64,000 nt of DNA from an uncultured Planctomycetaceae bacterium (GTDB lineage: Bacteria > Planctomycetota > Planctomycetia > Planctomycetales > Planctomycetaceae), in the NCBI GenBank assembly GCA_963815195.1, contig CAWFGE010000012.1, forward strand, positions 768,001 to 832,000, given 5' to 3'. The notes under the pieces are model-generated. The model was not told where the DNA came from. It searched no databases and saw nothing but the letters and a program-made list of their open reading frames with translations. A program made the translations under genes and the position numbers. Positions 20,488-31,642 of this stretch are shown here, one piece after another; the stretch's first letter is position 1, and each line of letters opens with the position of its first letter.

Positions 20488-21513
20488 TCAGGCGATGCTC
20501 TCTCTTTGGAGTTGAACCGGTTGCTGTTGCGCCCTTTTGTCGAGGCGTTCGCGGACGAAGCCGTGCACAATGTAGATCATCCAAAACACGGCGGTCCCGG
20601 CGGCGAAGATCAGGCGGGTTTCGGTAGACCAGTGACTTTGGCGGACGTAGCTTTCAATGATCGCGGCGGCGACGAGCATGCCGCCCACGCCCAGGCTGAT
20701 GAGCGCGGCTTCTTTGCCCGCGAGTTTGAGCGCCTTTTCGCGGGAATGCCAACCCGGCCGGACGACCGCCTGGCCCAACATCAAACCGACGCCGCCGCAG
20801 AGCACGATCGCTCCCAGTTCGGTGACGCCGTGGGGCAAGATCCAGGCCCACATTTCGGCGTTGATGCCGGCCTGGTGATGAATCGCCACGAACACGCCCA
20901 AGAGCATCCCGTTGAACAACATCAAAAACACCGTGGGCACCGCGGCCAGAATGCCGGTGGCCATGGCCAAGAGCCCGACTTTGAAGTTGTGCTGAAACAG
21001 AAACGAAGCGAACAGGAATTTGAAACCGCCCGATTGGTCCCGGCCGGCTTCGAGCACGTTCCGCAATTGGTCGGGCGTGGAACCGGGCTGGCGAACATCG
21101 CCGGCGGGCCACAAGGCGTGGGCGATCAGCGGATCGGACATTGCCGCGATATAGCCGACCAGGGCTCCGCCCAACAGCAGCAAGGCCGAGATCAGATGGG
21201 CCTTGCCGTTGCGGGCGATGGCGCGGCCGAAGCCTTCGGTCACGAAGCCGAGCGCCTTGTCGAAAAGCCGTCCGCGCGGCGGAAGATAGATCAGACTATG
21301 GGCCGCCGCCGTCAACCCGTTGAGGTAGGCGATCAACTGCTGATCGCGGGTCAGCGTGGAAACCCGCGCCAAATGCACCGTGGTCCGGCGATACAGGACA
21401 TCCAGCCGTTCGCGTTCTTCCGGCGAGAGTTTCCGCATGGACTTTCGCCCGCGGGCGACCAATCGCTCGAGTTCTTCCCAGTCGTTCTTGTAGCGAGCGA
21501 CGAAACTGCTCAT
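20488..21513 (-). CDS. Stage II sporulation protein M (DUF95) family membrane protein
   Basis: LYRRTTVHLA, YLNGL, FQHNFKVG, FNGMLLG, ILPHGVTEL. Confidence 0.9.
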   Translation of the reverse strand: MSSFVARYKNDWEELERLVARGRKSMRKLSPEERERLDVLYRRTTVHLARVSTLTRDQQLIAYLNGLTAAAHSLIYLPPRGRLFDKALGFVTEGFGRAIARNGKAHLISALLLLGGALVGYIAAMSDPLIAHALWPAGDVRQPGSTPDQLRNVLEAGRDQSGGFKFLFASFLFQHNFKVGLLAMATGILAAVPTVFLMLFNGMLLGVFVAIHHQAGINAEMWAWILPHGVTELGAIVLCGGVGLMLGQAVVRPGWHSREKALKLAGKEAALISLGVGGMLVAAAIIESYVRQSHWSTETRLIFAAGTAVFWMIYIVHGFVRERLDKRAQQQPVQLQRESIA

Positions 21514-21585
21514 ACTGAATTTTCCTGCGGTTCAAAGGAAGATGACCGAAAACCAGTCTAACCACAGATTGCCTGTTGAGAAACA

Positions 21586-22383
21586 ATGACGACGCGGCTC
21601 CAGTTTGAAACGCCTGAAAATGTGCAGGTGCAATATGTTCCAGCCGGTCTGGGAACGCGGTTTCTGGCGTGGTTTCTCGATCAGCTTCTGGTGTTCGTGC
21701 TGCTCGTGGCAGTCATCATTTTGCTGGCGGCGGCCGGGGTGTCGCTGAAAGTCCTCGACGACCTCGCCGAGTCCGGCAGCCGCGACCCGCAGCAACTGGA
21801 AGGCTACGTGATCGGGCTGATCGTTTTGATTTCCGGGCTGGGGAGTTTCGTCTACTTCACGGCGGCGGAATTGTTTCTGCGCGGGCAAACGCCGGGCAAG
21901 CGGGCGATGAAGATCCGCGTCGTCAAACAGGACGGCTTCGCCTTGGATGCCCAGAGCATTTTTCTGAGGAACGTATTTCGCGTGGTCGATAATATCCCGC
22001 TCCTGTGGATCATTCCGGTGATGTCCCAGCGCAGCCAGCGCACGGGCGACATGGCGGCGGGGACCGTGGTCGTCTCGGACAAGCCCGCGGAACTGACCGA
22101 GGTCCGCGTCGAGCTTTCCGACCGGGCGGCGGTGGAAGCCGAGTTCCGCTTCGACGCGAAATCGCTCGCAAAACTCACCCCGCAGGATATCGAGGCGGTC
22201 GAGCGGTTGCTGGAACGCTGGCACAATGTTCCCCAGCCGCAGCGGATCCAATTGGCCCGGCAACTGACCGCCGGCCTCGTCCACAAACTCCAAATCGACC
22301 CGCCCCCCAACGGCAAACAGGCCGTCTTCTTGGAAGACCTGCTCGCGGCGGAAATTCGCCGCCAGAACCGGATGCTGGGATAA
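21586..22383 (+). CDS. RDD family protein
   Basis: FETPENV, AGLGTRFLAWFLD, GQTPGKRAMKIRVV, QRTGDMAAGTVVV. Confidence 0.92.
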   Translation: MTTRLQFETPENVQVQYVPAGLGTRFLAWFLDQLLVFVLLVAVIILLAAAGVSLKVLDDLAESGSRDPQQLEGYVIGLIVLISGLGSFVYFTAAELFLRGQTPGKRAMKIRVVKQDGFALDAQSIFLRNVFRVVDNIPLLWIIPVMSQRSQRTGDMAAGTVVVSDKPAELTEVRVELSDRAAVEAEFRFDAKSLAKLTPQDIEAVERLLERWHNVPQPQRIQLARQLTAGLVHKLQIDPPPNGKQAVFLEDLLAAEIRRQNRMLG

Positions 22384-22677
22384 GCAGGCACGGTGCAGAA
22401 TGCTTGGCCCCAACCGCGACCGCGCGAACGCGTGACCGCACTTGCGCTGCCAAAGGACCGCTGATTTCCCATTTTCCCAAAAGGTGATTGTATTGGCATT
22501 TAAGACTTGGTAATGTGCACAAAATCTGTTCATTCCTACGTTTTTTCGCCAGTTGCTCCTTTTTGTGTATCTTGTATTACCTATGTATTGTCTCTAAACA
22601 TTGCCCCTCGAACACCTGGTCAAATCTTGGCCGGGACCGTTTCTTTGTAGACCCACTCTTGTACAGAAGGATCTCCC

Positions 22678-23661
22678 ATGCGACGCGAACTTTGGAAGCA
22701 GATGTTCTGGCTGTTGGTGTTGGCGGGCATTTCCGGCTCATCCGTTCGGGCCGCGGATCACAACGACTCGCCGCTGCTTCGCCTTGAGGCGAACGGCGTT
22801 CGGGTGAACGACCATCAAGACATCAATGACATTTACGCGTTTCAATCGCCCTCGAACGCACAGAATGTCGTGTTCATCATCACGGTCAATCCCGATGCGG
22901 GCGTGAAAAACGATGGGACGCTCGATCCCGACACGGTTTACGAAATCCTGGTGGACGTCAACGGTGACGCCCGCGTCGACATCCCCTTCACCTTTTATTT
23001 TTCGCGTCCCAACGGGCTCGGCCAGCAAAGCGTGGTTTTGCAAAGCGGCCGCACCACGCTGGCCCGCGGCACGACGGATCAAGACATCCCCGTGCAGGGC
23101 GGCGGCAAGCTGCGGGTGGGAATCTATGACGATCCTTTCTTTTTCGACAACCGGGTTTTGGCGGATCCCCCTCAAACGGGCGTGAACGCCTTTGCCGGAA
23201 TGAACGTGACCGCCATCGTGCTGGAAGTTCCCAGCCGAAACCTGCGGGCCCGGAACATCGGCGTCTGGTCGATCACCGAAAAGAACGGCAAGCAATTCGA
23301 CCGGGTCGGCCGGCCGGGCATCAATACGGTCTTGATCTCCACACAAAATAAAGAAGCCTTCAACGAAGGCGATCCGGTCAACGATCGGCGGGACTTCCGC
23401 CAGGATGTGATCGACCACATCACCGCGCTCGGCAACGGGCCCCAAGCCGCGGGTCTCGCCGACTTCTTGCTGCCGGACATTCTGACCATCGACACCACCA
23501 ATCCGGCGGGCTTTCTCAACGGCCGGCGATTGGAAGACGATGTGATCGACATCGAGCTGGATGTGCTCACCAACGGGGCCGTGACCAGCGACGGCGTCGC
23601 CAACGACAGCAATTTCAGCAATACTTTTCCGTATCTGGCTGCCCCGAATCCTCTTCCCTAA
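22678..23661 (+). CDS. Secreted DUF4331 family protein
   Basis: ADHNDSP, DINDIYAFQSP, DDPFFFD, DRVGRPGINT, NGRRLEDDVID, FPYLA. Confidence 0.9.
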   Translation: MRRELWKQMFWLLVLAGISGSSVRAADHNDSPLLRLEANGVRVNDHQDINDIYAFQSPSNAQNVVFIITVNPDAGVKNDGTLDPDTVYEILVDVNGDARVDIPFTFYFSRPNGLGQQSVVLQSGRTTLARGTTDQDIPVQGGGKLRVGIYDDPFFFDNRVLADPPQTGVNAFAGMNVTAIVLEVPSRNLRARNIGVWSITEKNGKQFDRVGRPGINTVLISTQNKEAFNEGDPVNDRRDFRQDVIDHITALGNGPQAAGLADFLLPDILTIDTTNPAGFLNGRRLEDDVIDIELDVLTNGAVTSDGVANDSNFSNTFPYLAAPNPLP

Positions 23662-23778
23662 GCCGATCGATCCCGCGATCTGATGCATCTGTGCTAGACC
23701 GTCCGCGTTCACAGCGGGCGGTCTATTTTGCCACTTGTTTACGATTTCTGCTCCAAGCCACAGAAAGGCGAGCCGCGC

Positions 23779-25092
23779 ATGTCTGTTTCCCTTCGGTGTC
23801 TGGTGTTGATGCTCGTCTTTTATTTTGGATTTTGGGCTCCGTCCGCGCCGGGTCAGAATGTTTTGCCGCTCGAACCGCCGCCGGAGAACCCCAAGCTCCC
23901 CGAGCGCCGAAAGGCGACGACGGAAGAGGCGATCCGCATTTATCAAAAGCGGCTGGAGAAGTCCCCGCAAAATACGCTGGCCCGCACCGACTTGGGGCTG
24001 GCCTATCTGAAACTGGCCCGCGAAACCGGCAACGAACAGCACTACGTGCAGGCCGAGGCGGAGTTTCAAAAGGTCCTCAAAATCTCGCCCAAATCGGTGT
24101 CGGCGCGGGCCTTTCTGGCCTCGGCTTACATGGCCCGGCATAAATTTCACGAGGCCCTCGAACTCTCCCAGGCGGTTTATAAGGAAAACGCCCGCATCAC
24201 GTTTGCCCTCGCGACCGTCGGCGATGCCCAACTGGAACTCGGCCGATACGACGAGGCCGAGCGGAGCTTCGGGGAACTCCAAAAGAAAACCCGCGGGCCG
24301 GTGCCGGAAGTTTTGGCCCGGCTGGCGCGGGTTGCCGAACTCCGGGGGCAAACCGAGCAGGCGGTGGAGTTGCTCCAAAAATCGCTCCGGGAAGAAGAGC
24401 GCGCTCGGCCCGATTCCAGCGAGATCGCCTGGTACAATTTGCGGTTGGGGGAAGTGTATTTTCAGTCCCATCAACTGGAAAACGCCGAGCGCCATCTGGA
24501 ATCGGCGGTGAAACGGCGGGAAAACTTCGTCCCGGCTCTGCTGGCATTGGGGCAAGTCCGCGCGGCGCAATCCCGCTATGACGAGGCGATCAAACTCTAT
24601 GAACAAGCCGTGGCCCAAAAGCCGGACTTCGATTTGATCGGCGACCTGGGAGCGATTTACGCTCTCGCGGGGAACAAAGCCAAAGCCAGTGAATTGGAGG
24701 ACAAAGCCGTCTCGCTGGTTCCGGCCGCCGCGAAGATCGAAACCGAAGCCCGGCATTTGGCGTTGTTTTTAGCCGACCGCGGCTTAGAGCTCGATCTGGC
24801 GCTGGAGTCCGCCCGCAAGGAATTGAACGTCCGCCGGGATGTTTTCGCCTATGATGTTTTGGCCTGGGTGCTGTTCAAAACCGGGAAACCGCAGGAAGCC
24901 GAGGAAGCCATGCAGTCGGCGCTGCGATTGGGGACCAGAGATGCCCGCATGCACTTCCACGCCGGGATGATCGCCCGGGCTCTGGGCAAAACCGAAGAGG
25001 CCAAACGGCACCTGACCGAGGCCCTGAAAATCAATCCCGACTTCTCCTTCACTGGCCCCGCCCAAGCCCGCAAAGCCCTCGCCGAGTTGTAG
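23779..25092 (+). CDS. Tetratricopeptide repeat protein
   Basis: Signal peptide and many helical TPR repeats; follows the DUF4331 gene. Confidence 0.88.
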   Translation: MSVSLRCLVLMLVFYFGFWAPSAPGQNVLPLEPPPENPKLPERRKATTEEAIRIYQKRLEKSPQNTLARTDLGLAYLKLARETGNEQHYVQAEAEFQKVLKISPKSVSARAFLASAYMARHKFHEALELSQAVYKENARITFALATVGDAQLELGRYDEAERSFGELQKKTRGPVPEVLARLARVAELRGQTEQAVELLQKSLREEERARPDSSEIAWYNLRLGEVYFQSHQLENAERHLESAVKRRENFVPALLALGQVRAAQSRYDEAIKLYEQAVAQKPDFDLIGDLGAIYALAGNKAKASELEDKAVSLVPAAAKIETEARHLALFLADRGLELDLALESARKELNVRRDVFAYDVLAWVLFKTGKPQEAEEAMQSALRLGTRDARMHFHAGMIARALGKTEEAKRHLTEALKINPDFSFTGPAQARKALAEL

Positions 25093-25221
25093 CCGGCCGC
25101 CGGCTTCGCGGGGAACGATTGGAGAAGATCGCCCTGTTGTGTCGATGGTTAGGATCAGAGCGATTGGGTTTGAACTTTTCACGACACGGCGTGCGCACGC
25201 GTGCGGGGGGAAACGTCGGCG

Positions 25222-26253
25222 ATGCGATGGGGGTGCGTATTGATTGGGTTGCTCTTGGCTCCCGGCTGCGTGGTCGTGGACCTGGAGGTGGTCAACCCGA
25301 TCCCCGGTCTCTCCAAAGTCGCGGTCGTGCCGTTTTACAACCTCAGCCCCGAACCCGCCGCCGACGGCTACCGCTTTGCCGAGGCCTATTTCGCGGAACT
25401 CCAAAAGGTGCCTGGATTTCAAGTGCTGCCCATCGGCGTGACGGAAGCCGCGATCCAGGACAACAAGCTCAATATGCAAAGCCCCGCGGATGCGGTCCGG
25501 TTGGCGAATTTGCTGAATGTGGACGCCGTGGTCGTGGGGGCGATCACCGATTACGATCCCTATTATCCGCCGCGCGCGGGCTGGCAGGTTTCGTGGTATT
25601 CGCCGCACTCGTGGGAATTCTCGCCCGGCCTTCCCACGGAACCCTCCGCGCGCAAAGCGATTTTAGAAGCCGGCATGTGCCCCGACGAGGACTGCGAACC
25701 GCCCCTGGGCGTTTGGGGCCGGACCAAGGCCTGGTTCAAGAGACATTACCGGGCCGCCCGCGCGGAGCACGCGACGGTCTTTCGCGGCCAATCGGAAGCG
25801 ACCTTCCCGCCGCGTCCGGCTTTGCCCCAAAACACGCCGCCCAACCCCTACACCGCCCCGGCCCCGCCGCGGCCGCTGATCCCTCCCCACCCGAACGGCC
25901 AACAACCGCCGGCCAATCCGCCGGCCGCGTCGTATCTTCCGCCGGCCCCGGACGCCATGGAGGCCGCACCGCCGGCCCCGCTTGCACCGCCGGTTCCGCC
26001 GCCCGATGTGCGCTATGAACCGTTGATGTCATACACGCGAATCTTCGATGGAACCGACGCCGACCTCATGGCGACTTTGCGGGATTATGTGGAACTGCGG
26101 GACGATCTCAGGGCGGGATACTGGCAAGGCTGGCTGTACCGCACGGACGATTTCCTCCGCTTCACCGCGCACCGGATGATCGTGGAGATGCTGGCCTTGC
26201 ACGGAGGCGAAGCCCGCCGCCGGGTCGTTTTCGTTTGGCGGAAGCAAAAATAA
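25222..26253 (+). CDS. Hypothetical lipoprotein with Pro-rich linker
   Basis: LLLAPGC lipobox; VAVVPFYNLS...DAVVVGAITDYDPYYPP (CsgG/LpoB-like pattern). Confidence 0.7.
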   Translation: MRWGCVLIGLLLAPGCVVVDLEVVNPIPGLSKVAVVPFYNLSPEPAADGYRFAEAYFAELQKVPGFQVLPIGVTEAAIQDNKLNMQSPADAVRLANLLNVDAVVVGAITDYDPYYPPRAGWQVSWYSPHSWEFSPGLPTEPSARKAILEAGMCPDEDCEPPLGVWGRTKAWFKRHYRAARAEHATVFRGQSEATFPPRPALPQNTPPNPYTAPAPPRPLIPPHPNGQQPPANPPAASYLPPAPDAMEAAPPAPLAPPVPPPDVRYEPLMSYTRIFDGTDADLMATLRDYVELRDDLRAGYWQGWLYRTDDFLRFTAHRMIVEMLALHGGEARRRVVFVWRKQK

Positions 26254-26468
26254 TTGCCCGGGGCGAGCCGAACCGCGACCTGAACATGTCCTGTTTTCCC
26301 GCCGTTTTGCCATCTTTGGGTAGCGGGCATTCATCCTGGGCGAAGTTTGCCGGCCGGGTTTTCGCCATCTGGCGACGGAACGCCGGTTTCATCAAGCCCG
26401 GCCTGGGATTTCAACCGATAACTCAAGAGGTCGCAACAATGAAGATTCGAGACAGAAGGCAGCCCGCC

Positions 26469-26723
26469 ATGCCCCGCAGTATGAACGTATTGGCCTTGGT
26501 CAAAGGCTCCGAGCGTTACGTCTTTCTCTACGATGATGAAAGTCCAGGGGTGTTGCTTCAGCAATTGGGCCGCTTCGCCGCGGACAGCGAGCTCAGCTTC
26601 ACCTGGTACGATGCCGCCGTGCTCAGCCAAAAAGTCCGCCGCATGAAGCAGGAACGCCGGCAGGAGCTGCCGCCGGACCGCTTCCGCGAGCCCACCGAGG
26701 AACGGTATCCAGGCGACGCGTAA
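26469..26723 (+). CDS. Small conserved planctomycete hypothetical protein
   Basis: NVLALVKGSERYVFLYDD...LGRFAADSELSFTWYDAAVLSQK; start could be 26439. Confidence 0.75.
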   Translation: MPRSMNVLALVKGSERYVFLYDDESPGVLLQQLGRFAADSELSFTWYDAAVLSQKVRRMKQERRQELPPDRFREPTEERYPGDA

Positions 26724-26724
26724 T

Positions 26725-26933
26725 CAGCGTGCTCAATTTTGCGAGTTTTCTGTTTCAAATCCGAAGCACGAAATCCGAAATCCGAAGCAAATTTAAAATC
26801 CCAAATCCGAAATCCCTTCGTTCTTATAACACACCCAACGCCCAGGGTTTGGATATTGGGATTTCGGTCATTGGGATATGTTTCGGATTTCGGATTTTTC
26901 GGTGCGAAACCTCGCACAAGCGCGCACGGTGAT
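26725..26933 (+). repeat. ~210-bp heptamer-family element, left copy of the inverted pair around xerC
   Basis: Internally palindromic; perfect 31-, 32- and 13-bp blocks shared in inverted orientation with 27856-28066. Confidence 0.9.
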
Positions 26934-26937
26934 CTTG

Positions 26938-27855
26938 ATGTACCAAGCGATTGACGCGTTCCAGCGCTACCTCCAGATCGAGCGAAACGCTTCCGTGTTG
27001 ACGGTGAAGTCCTACGCGGAAGATTTCGGCAGCCTTCTGGAGTTTTTTTCTGCGCACGTCGGTGTTGTTCCCCAGCCGAGCGAAATCACCATCGCCCAAC
27101 TGCGGGCTTATGTTGCGTATCTTCACGAATGCCAATACGCGAGAAGCACGATCGCCCGCCGGCTGGCGTGTTTGCGAAGTTTTTTTCGCTACTGTTGCCG
27201 GGAAGGTTTGACGGAGCACAACCCCGCGAAGGCTTTACGCACGCCGCGGGCCGGCCGCAAGCTGCCGCACTTTCTGACGACCGAGCAGATCGCGAAGCTG
27301 CTCGAAGCCCCGCCCGCGAACCAGACCGAAGGCCTTCGCGACCGGGCGATGCTGGAAAGCATGTACTCGGCCGGTTTGCGGGTCTCGGAACTGGTGGGGC
27401 TCAACGTGGCCGACTGGGACCGCGATGCGAACATCTTCCGCGTCCTCGGCAAAGGCAAGAAAGAACGCATCGCCCCCGTGGGCAGTTACGCGGCGAAGGC
27501 GTTGGACCATTGGCTCCAAGTCCGAAAGCCCGCCGCGACCGCAGGCCCTTCCGATCAGTCGGCTCTGTTCTTAAACCGCTTCGGCAAACGTCTCTCCGAC
27601 CGCAGCGTCCGGCGGATGATCGACAAGTATCTCTTGCAAACCGGCCTGGAGCGAATCACCTCGCCGCACACGCTCCGCCACAGTTTCGCGACGCATCTCT
27701 TAGACGGCGGAGCCGACCTCCGCAGCGTGCAAGAGTTATTGGGCCATCAAAGCCTGACAACCACGCAGATCTACACCCACGTCAGCACCCGCCGGCTGCG
27801 GGAGACCTACGAGAAAGCCCACCCCCACGCTGCCGCTTCGAGATCGGGGGACTAA
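26938..27855 (+). CDS. xerC: Tyrosine recombinase XerC
   Basis: [87 protein letters not shown]. Confidence 0.88.
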   Translation: MYQAIDAFQRYLQIERNASVLTVKSYAEDFGSLLEFFSAHVGVVPQPSEITIAQLRAYVAYLHECQYARSTIARRLACLRSFFRYCCREGLTEHNPAKALRTPRAGRKLPHFLTTEQIAKLLEAPPANQTEGLRDRAMLESMYSAGLRVSELVGLNVADWDRDANIFRVLGKGKKERIAPVGSYAAKALDHWLQVRKPAATAGPSDQSALFLNRFGKRLSDRSVRRMIDKYLLQTGLERITSPHTLRHSFATHLLDGGADLRSVQELLGHQSLTTTQIYTHVSTRRLRETYEKAHPHAAASRSGD

Positions 27856-28066
27856 ATCACCGTGCGCGATCCCACGCCGGAAAATCCGAAATCCGAAATC
27901 CGAAACAAATTCCAATGACCGAAATCCCAATATCCAAACCCTGCGCGTCGGGCGTGCTTCATGAATGGACGGACTTGTTTGGGACATTCGGATTTTGGAT
28001 TTATTTCGGATTTCGGATTTCGTGCTTCGGATTTGCACCAGAAAAAACGCAAAATTGCGCAGACTG
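27856..28066 (-). repeat. ~210-bp heptamer-family element, right (inverted) copy
   Basis: Begins immediately after the xerC stop codon; reverse complement of 26725-26933. Confidence 0.9.
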
Positions 28067-28100
28067 TTAGTCTCCCCGTCTCCCAATCTCCCCCTCTTCT

Positions 28101-29057
28101 TCACCCCCGCGGGTGGCAGCGTTGGTGGACCGCTTTTAGCCGGCTGTGCTCGACGTGGGTATAAATCTGCGTGGTGGCGATGCTCGCATGGCCGAGGATT
28201 TCTTGGAGGGCGCGAATCTCCGCGCCGCCGGCGAGCATGTGAGTCGCAAAGCTATGCCGGAGCGTGTGCGGGCTGACGTGGGCGCTCGCACCGATACGGG
28301 CGGCGTACTTTTTGACCAGCCGCCAGATCATCATCCGCGACAACTTGCGGCCGCCCCGCGCGACGAACAGATATTCGCAATCGCGGTTCGTGTGGCCCGT
28401 GAGGTCGCGGCGTTCGTGCTTGAGATACGCTTCCACCGCGGCGATGGCGACCGGGTTCAGCGAGACGATGCGCTCTTTGTTGCCTTTGCCGAGACATCGG
28501 CAGTAGGTTTCCTCCAAATGAATCCCGCTTTGGACGAGGCCCGAGACCTCCGAAGCCCGGCAGCCCGTCGCATACAAAAGCGCGAGCACCGCCCGGTCCC
28601 GTAACGGGTAGCGGTCATCGACCGTCCCCGGAGCCGAGAGCAGTTGGTTGACCTTCTCGGGACTGAGAACCTGCGGCAAGTATCGCCAGAGCTTAGGGGA
28701 ATTGAGTAACTCCACTACGCTCTCCAACAACACGCCTTCCAAAACCAGATAGCGGAAGAACATCTTGATCGACACCAGATGCCGGGCCACCGTCGTCGGG
28801 GCCAGTTGGCGGTCGCGCAGATGCGACAAATAATCCGTCAACAGGCCCAGGTTGACATCCTGAATCGAACGCGGCCCGTGCTTGGCGTACCACTCGAAGA
28901 ACTGCGTCAAGTCCGTCTGATAGGCCCGCAGCGTATTCGCGGCCATCCCGCACTCGGCCTTCAGGTAATGCAAGAAGGCCGAGAGATGCACGGACGGCGA
29001 AGACACCAATTCCCCAGCCGGCTGCCAATCAGCCGGCGGACGTTTACGCGGCGGCAT
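28101..29057 (-). CDS. xerD: Tyrosine recombinase XerD
   Basis: [63 protein letters not shown]. Confidence 0.88.
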   Translation of the reverse strand: MPPRKRPPADWQPAGELVSSPSVHLSAFLHYLKAECGMAANTLRAYQTDLTQFFEWYAKHGPRSIQDVNLGLLTDYLSHLRDRQLAPTTVARHLVSIKMFFRYLVLEGVLLESVVELLNSPKLWRYLPQVLSPEKVNQLLSAPGTVDDRYPLRDRAVLALLYATGCRASEVSGLVQSGIHLEETYCRCLGKGNKERIVSLNPVAIAAVEAYLKHERRDLTGHTNRDCEYLFVARGGRKLSRMMIWRLVKKYAARIGASAHVSPHTLRHSFATHMLAGGAEIRALQEILGHASIATTQIYTHVEHSRLKAVHQRCHPRG

Positions 29058-29182
29058 ATTCAGTCGATCTGTTCAAGGTCGGTCGGATCGAACCCACTTT
29101 CCTTGAAATCGACTTCCTTGGCGTTTCGTCACCAATGCCTTCGGCAAATCGCTTGTTGCAAGATAGATTCCGGACGTGCGTA

Positions 29183-31487
29183 CTAAGGCGAGTTCACCGG
29201 TTGTAGCGGGCATTTGGCGGCGACGAAGGTTTCTTTGCGGTCTTCGTTTTCAAACTCGACCGTCACCGTGCGCCGGCGGCCGAAACCGCCCACTTCGACC
29301 ACCACGCCCAACCCGTACCGCGGATGCCGAACGGATTGGCCTCGCTGAAAGCCTTGCGGAAGTTCCACGCCCTGCCCGCCGCCCGAGAGCAAATCCGCCC
29401 CTGTCATCAATCGGGGCATCGCGGTTGTTGCTGCGTTGCCCGTTGTTCGTATCGATGCTGACGGGAATTTTCTTCGTGAAGAATCATGGGGCTTACGCCC
29501 CACGCTCGCCGGGCTCTCGTGTTCGTCGGCAAAGCCCCGATAATCGAAAACCTCCACGCGGAAGTCGCGGTCCTTGAGGGGCATCTCCGTGAGGAAGGGG
29601 CTGGGAATCGTGGGGAGCAATCGGCCGCGAAACGCTGCGCATGCGGGTTTGCGTCAGGCACAACCGCTCCTCCGCGCGGGTCACGCCGACGAACAGCAGC
29701 CGGCGTTCTTCTTCCAACTCGCGGAGGTCGTTGTTCCGCATCGAGCGCTCGTGCGGGATGAGGTTGTTTTCCACCGCGACGATATATACCACGGGAAACT
29801 CCAGGCCCTTCGCGGCGTGGAGCGTCATCAGCGTCACCTGGCCCGCGGTTTCTTCCAGCGCGTCCACATCGTTGACGAGGCTGGTCAATTCCAGAAAACC
29901 TTCGAGCGACGCGTCCGAGCCCTCGGCTTCGTCGTATTGATGAGCCGCGGTCAAGAGTTCCTGCACGTTGGCGAGCCGGTTTTGGTCGTCTTCGGAATCG
30001 CTGTCGGCCCAGCCTGCGGTGTACTGCGTGCGGTCCAGCACGGTTTTCATGAGTTGCTCGACGGAGCCGCAATCGCCCCGCGAGAGTTCGCTCATCATGC
30101 GGGCGAACTTGTTGAGCGACACGACCGCCCGCTGGGACAGTTGCGGGCATTCGCGGGCTTTTTGGGCGGCTTCCAGGAGCGTGATACCCTGCGAGCCGGC
30201 CCAGCTCATCAGCTTTTTCTGCGTCGTCTTGCCGATGCCTCTTGTGGGCGTGTTGACAATCCGCCGGAAGGCGACGTAATCGTCGGGGTTATGGATGAGC
30301 TGCAAATACGCGAGCACATCCTTGATTTCCGCCCGCTCGTAAAACGCCACGCCCGCGGCGACCTGGTAAGGCACGCGGTGCCGGCGGAGGGCCTGCTCGA
30401 GCTCCCGCGAGAGGGCGTTCACGCGGTAGAAGATCGCGAAGTCCGACCACTGCCGCTCGCCCCGGTTGACTTGCTCGCGGATGTCCGCCGCGATCGCGTC
30501 CGCTTCGTGCGGGCCGTCGTCGAAGCTCATCAGTTCCACCGCTTCGCCGTCGGGGTTATCCGTGACCAACGCCTTGGCTTTGCGGTAAATGTTGTGCGAG
30601 ATCAAGCTGTCCGCCGCCCGCAGAATCTCCTTGGTGCTGCGGTAGTTTTGCTCCAGGCGCACGACGGCTGCGTTCGGGTAATCCGATTCAAACCGCAGGA
30701 TGTTGTCGATCTTCGCCCCCCGCCAGCCGTAGATGGATTGATCGGGATCGCCCGTGACGCAGAGATTCGGCAAATCCTGGGAGAGGGCCCGCACGATCTG
30801 GTATTGGGCCATGTTCGTGTCCTGGTATTCATCGACCATGATGTATTCATAGCGCGAATCCAGGTCGGCCCGCAATTCGGGGTTCTCCGAAAGCAGTGTG
30901 ACGACGTGCAAAAGCAGGTCGTCAAAATCCACGGCGCTCGCTTCGAGCAATCGCTCCTGATACCGCGGATAGACCTTGGCGAGCACGGCTTGGAAGGGAT
31001 CGCCGATGGCTTCTTCAAACCGCCGGGCGTATTCGTCCGCGGTGGTCATGTCGTTTTTCAAGCGGCTGATTTGCGACGCGACCCGCGCGGGCGAGAAGTG
31101 GACCGTGTCGAAGTCGAGTTCGTTCAGGACATCGCGGAGGAGTTGCTGCTGATCGGTGGTGTCGTAGATCGTGAAGTGGGGTTTGAGGCCCACGCCCCGG
31201 CCCCATTCGCGGAGCAAACGGGAACAGAAGCGGTGAAACGTGCTGACCCACACACGGGTGCCGGGCAAAAGCTGCTCCACGCGGTCGGCCATTTCGTTGG
31301 CGGCTTTGTTGGTGAAGGTGATCGCCAGGATTCGCCGGTGCGAAACGCCTTTTTCGACGAGCCGGGCCATGCGGCGGGTGATGACCCGCGTCTTTCCGGA
31401 GCCGGGACCGGCCAGCACCAGCAGCGGCCCTTGTTGATGATCCACCGCGTTCCATTGGTCGGCCGTCAAATCCGCCGGTCGAGACAC
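29183..31487 (-). CDS. pcrA: PcrA/UvrD DNA helicase (frameshift ~29620)
   Basis: LAGPGSGKT, VDEYQD, GDPDQSIYGWRGA, LEQNYRS, TLHAAKGLEFP, EEERRL; C-terminal Tudor-like GQSVRHPRYGLG in the shifted frame. Confidence 0.92.
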
Positions 31488-31543
31488 TTGGGCACTCCTT
31501 TGTTTGAGTTTCCTTCTTCAGAAAAAGAGCGAACGGACAAAAT

Positions 31544-31599
31544 GAGCCGCGCACGCAGTAAGCGGGATATTGAAACTCCGCTTACTTCGTGCGCGGCTC
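31544..31599. repeat. REP-like inverted pair (gagccgcgcacgaagtaagcgg family)
   Basis: Same 22-mer as at 10168-10237 and 44333-44474. Confidence 0.9.
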
Positions 31600-31642
31600 C
31601 CTCGGATTCCGTCTGCTTCAATCCCTGAGAATTGACTGGGGA

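Noticed and set aside
29574..31628. Long antisense ORFs (also 22738-24756, 40045-41856, 57435-59141, 10470-11981, 6850-8385)
   Set aside because: Shadow frames of real high-GC genes on the opposite strand; no protein motifs
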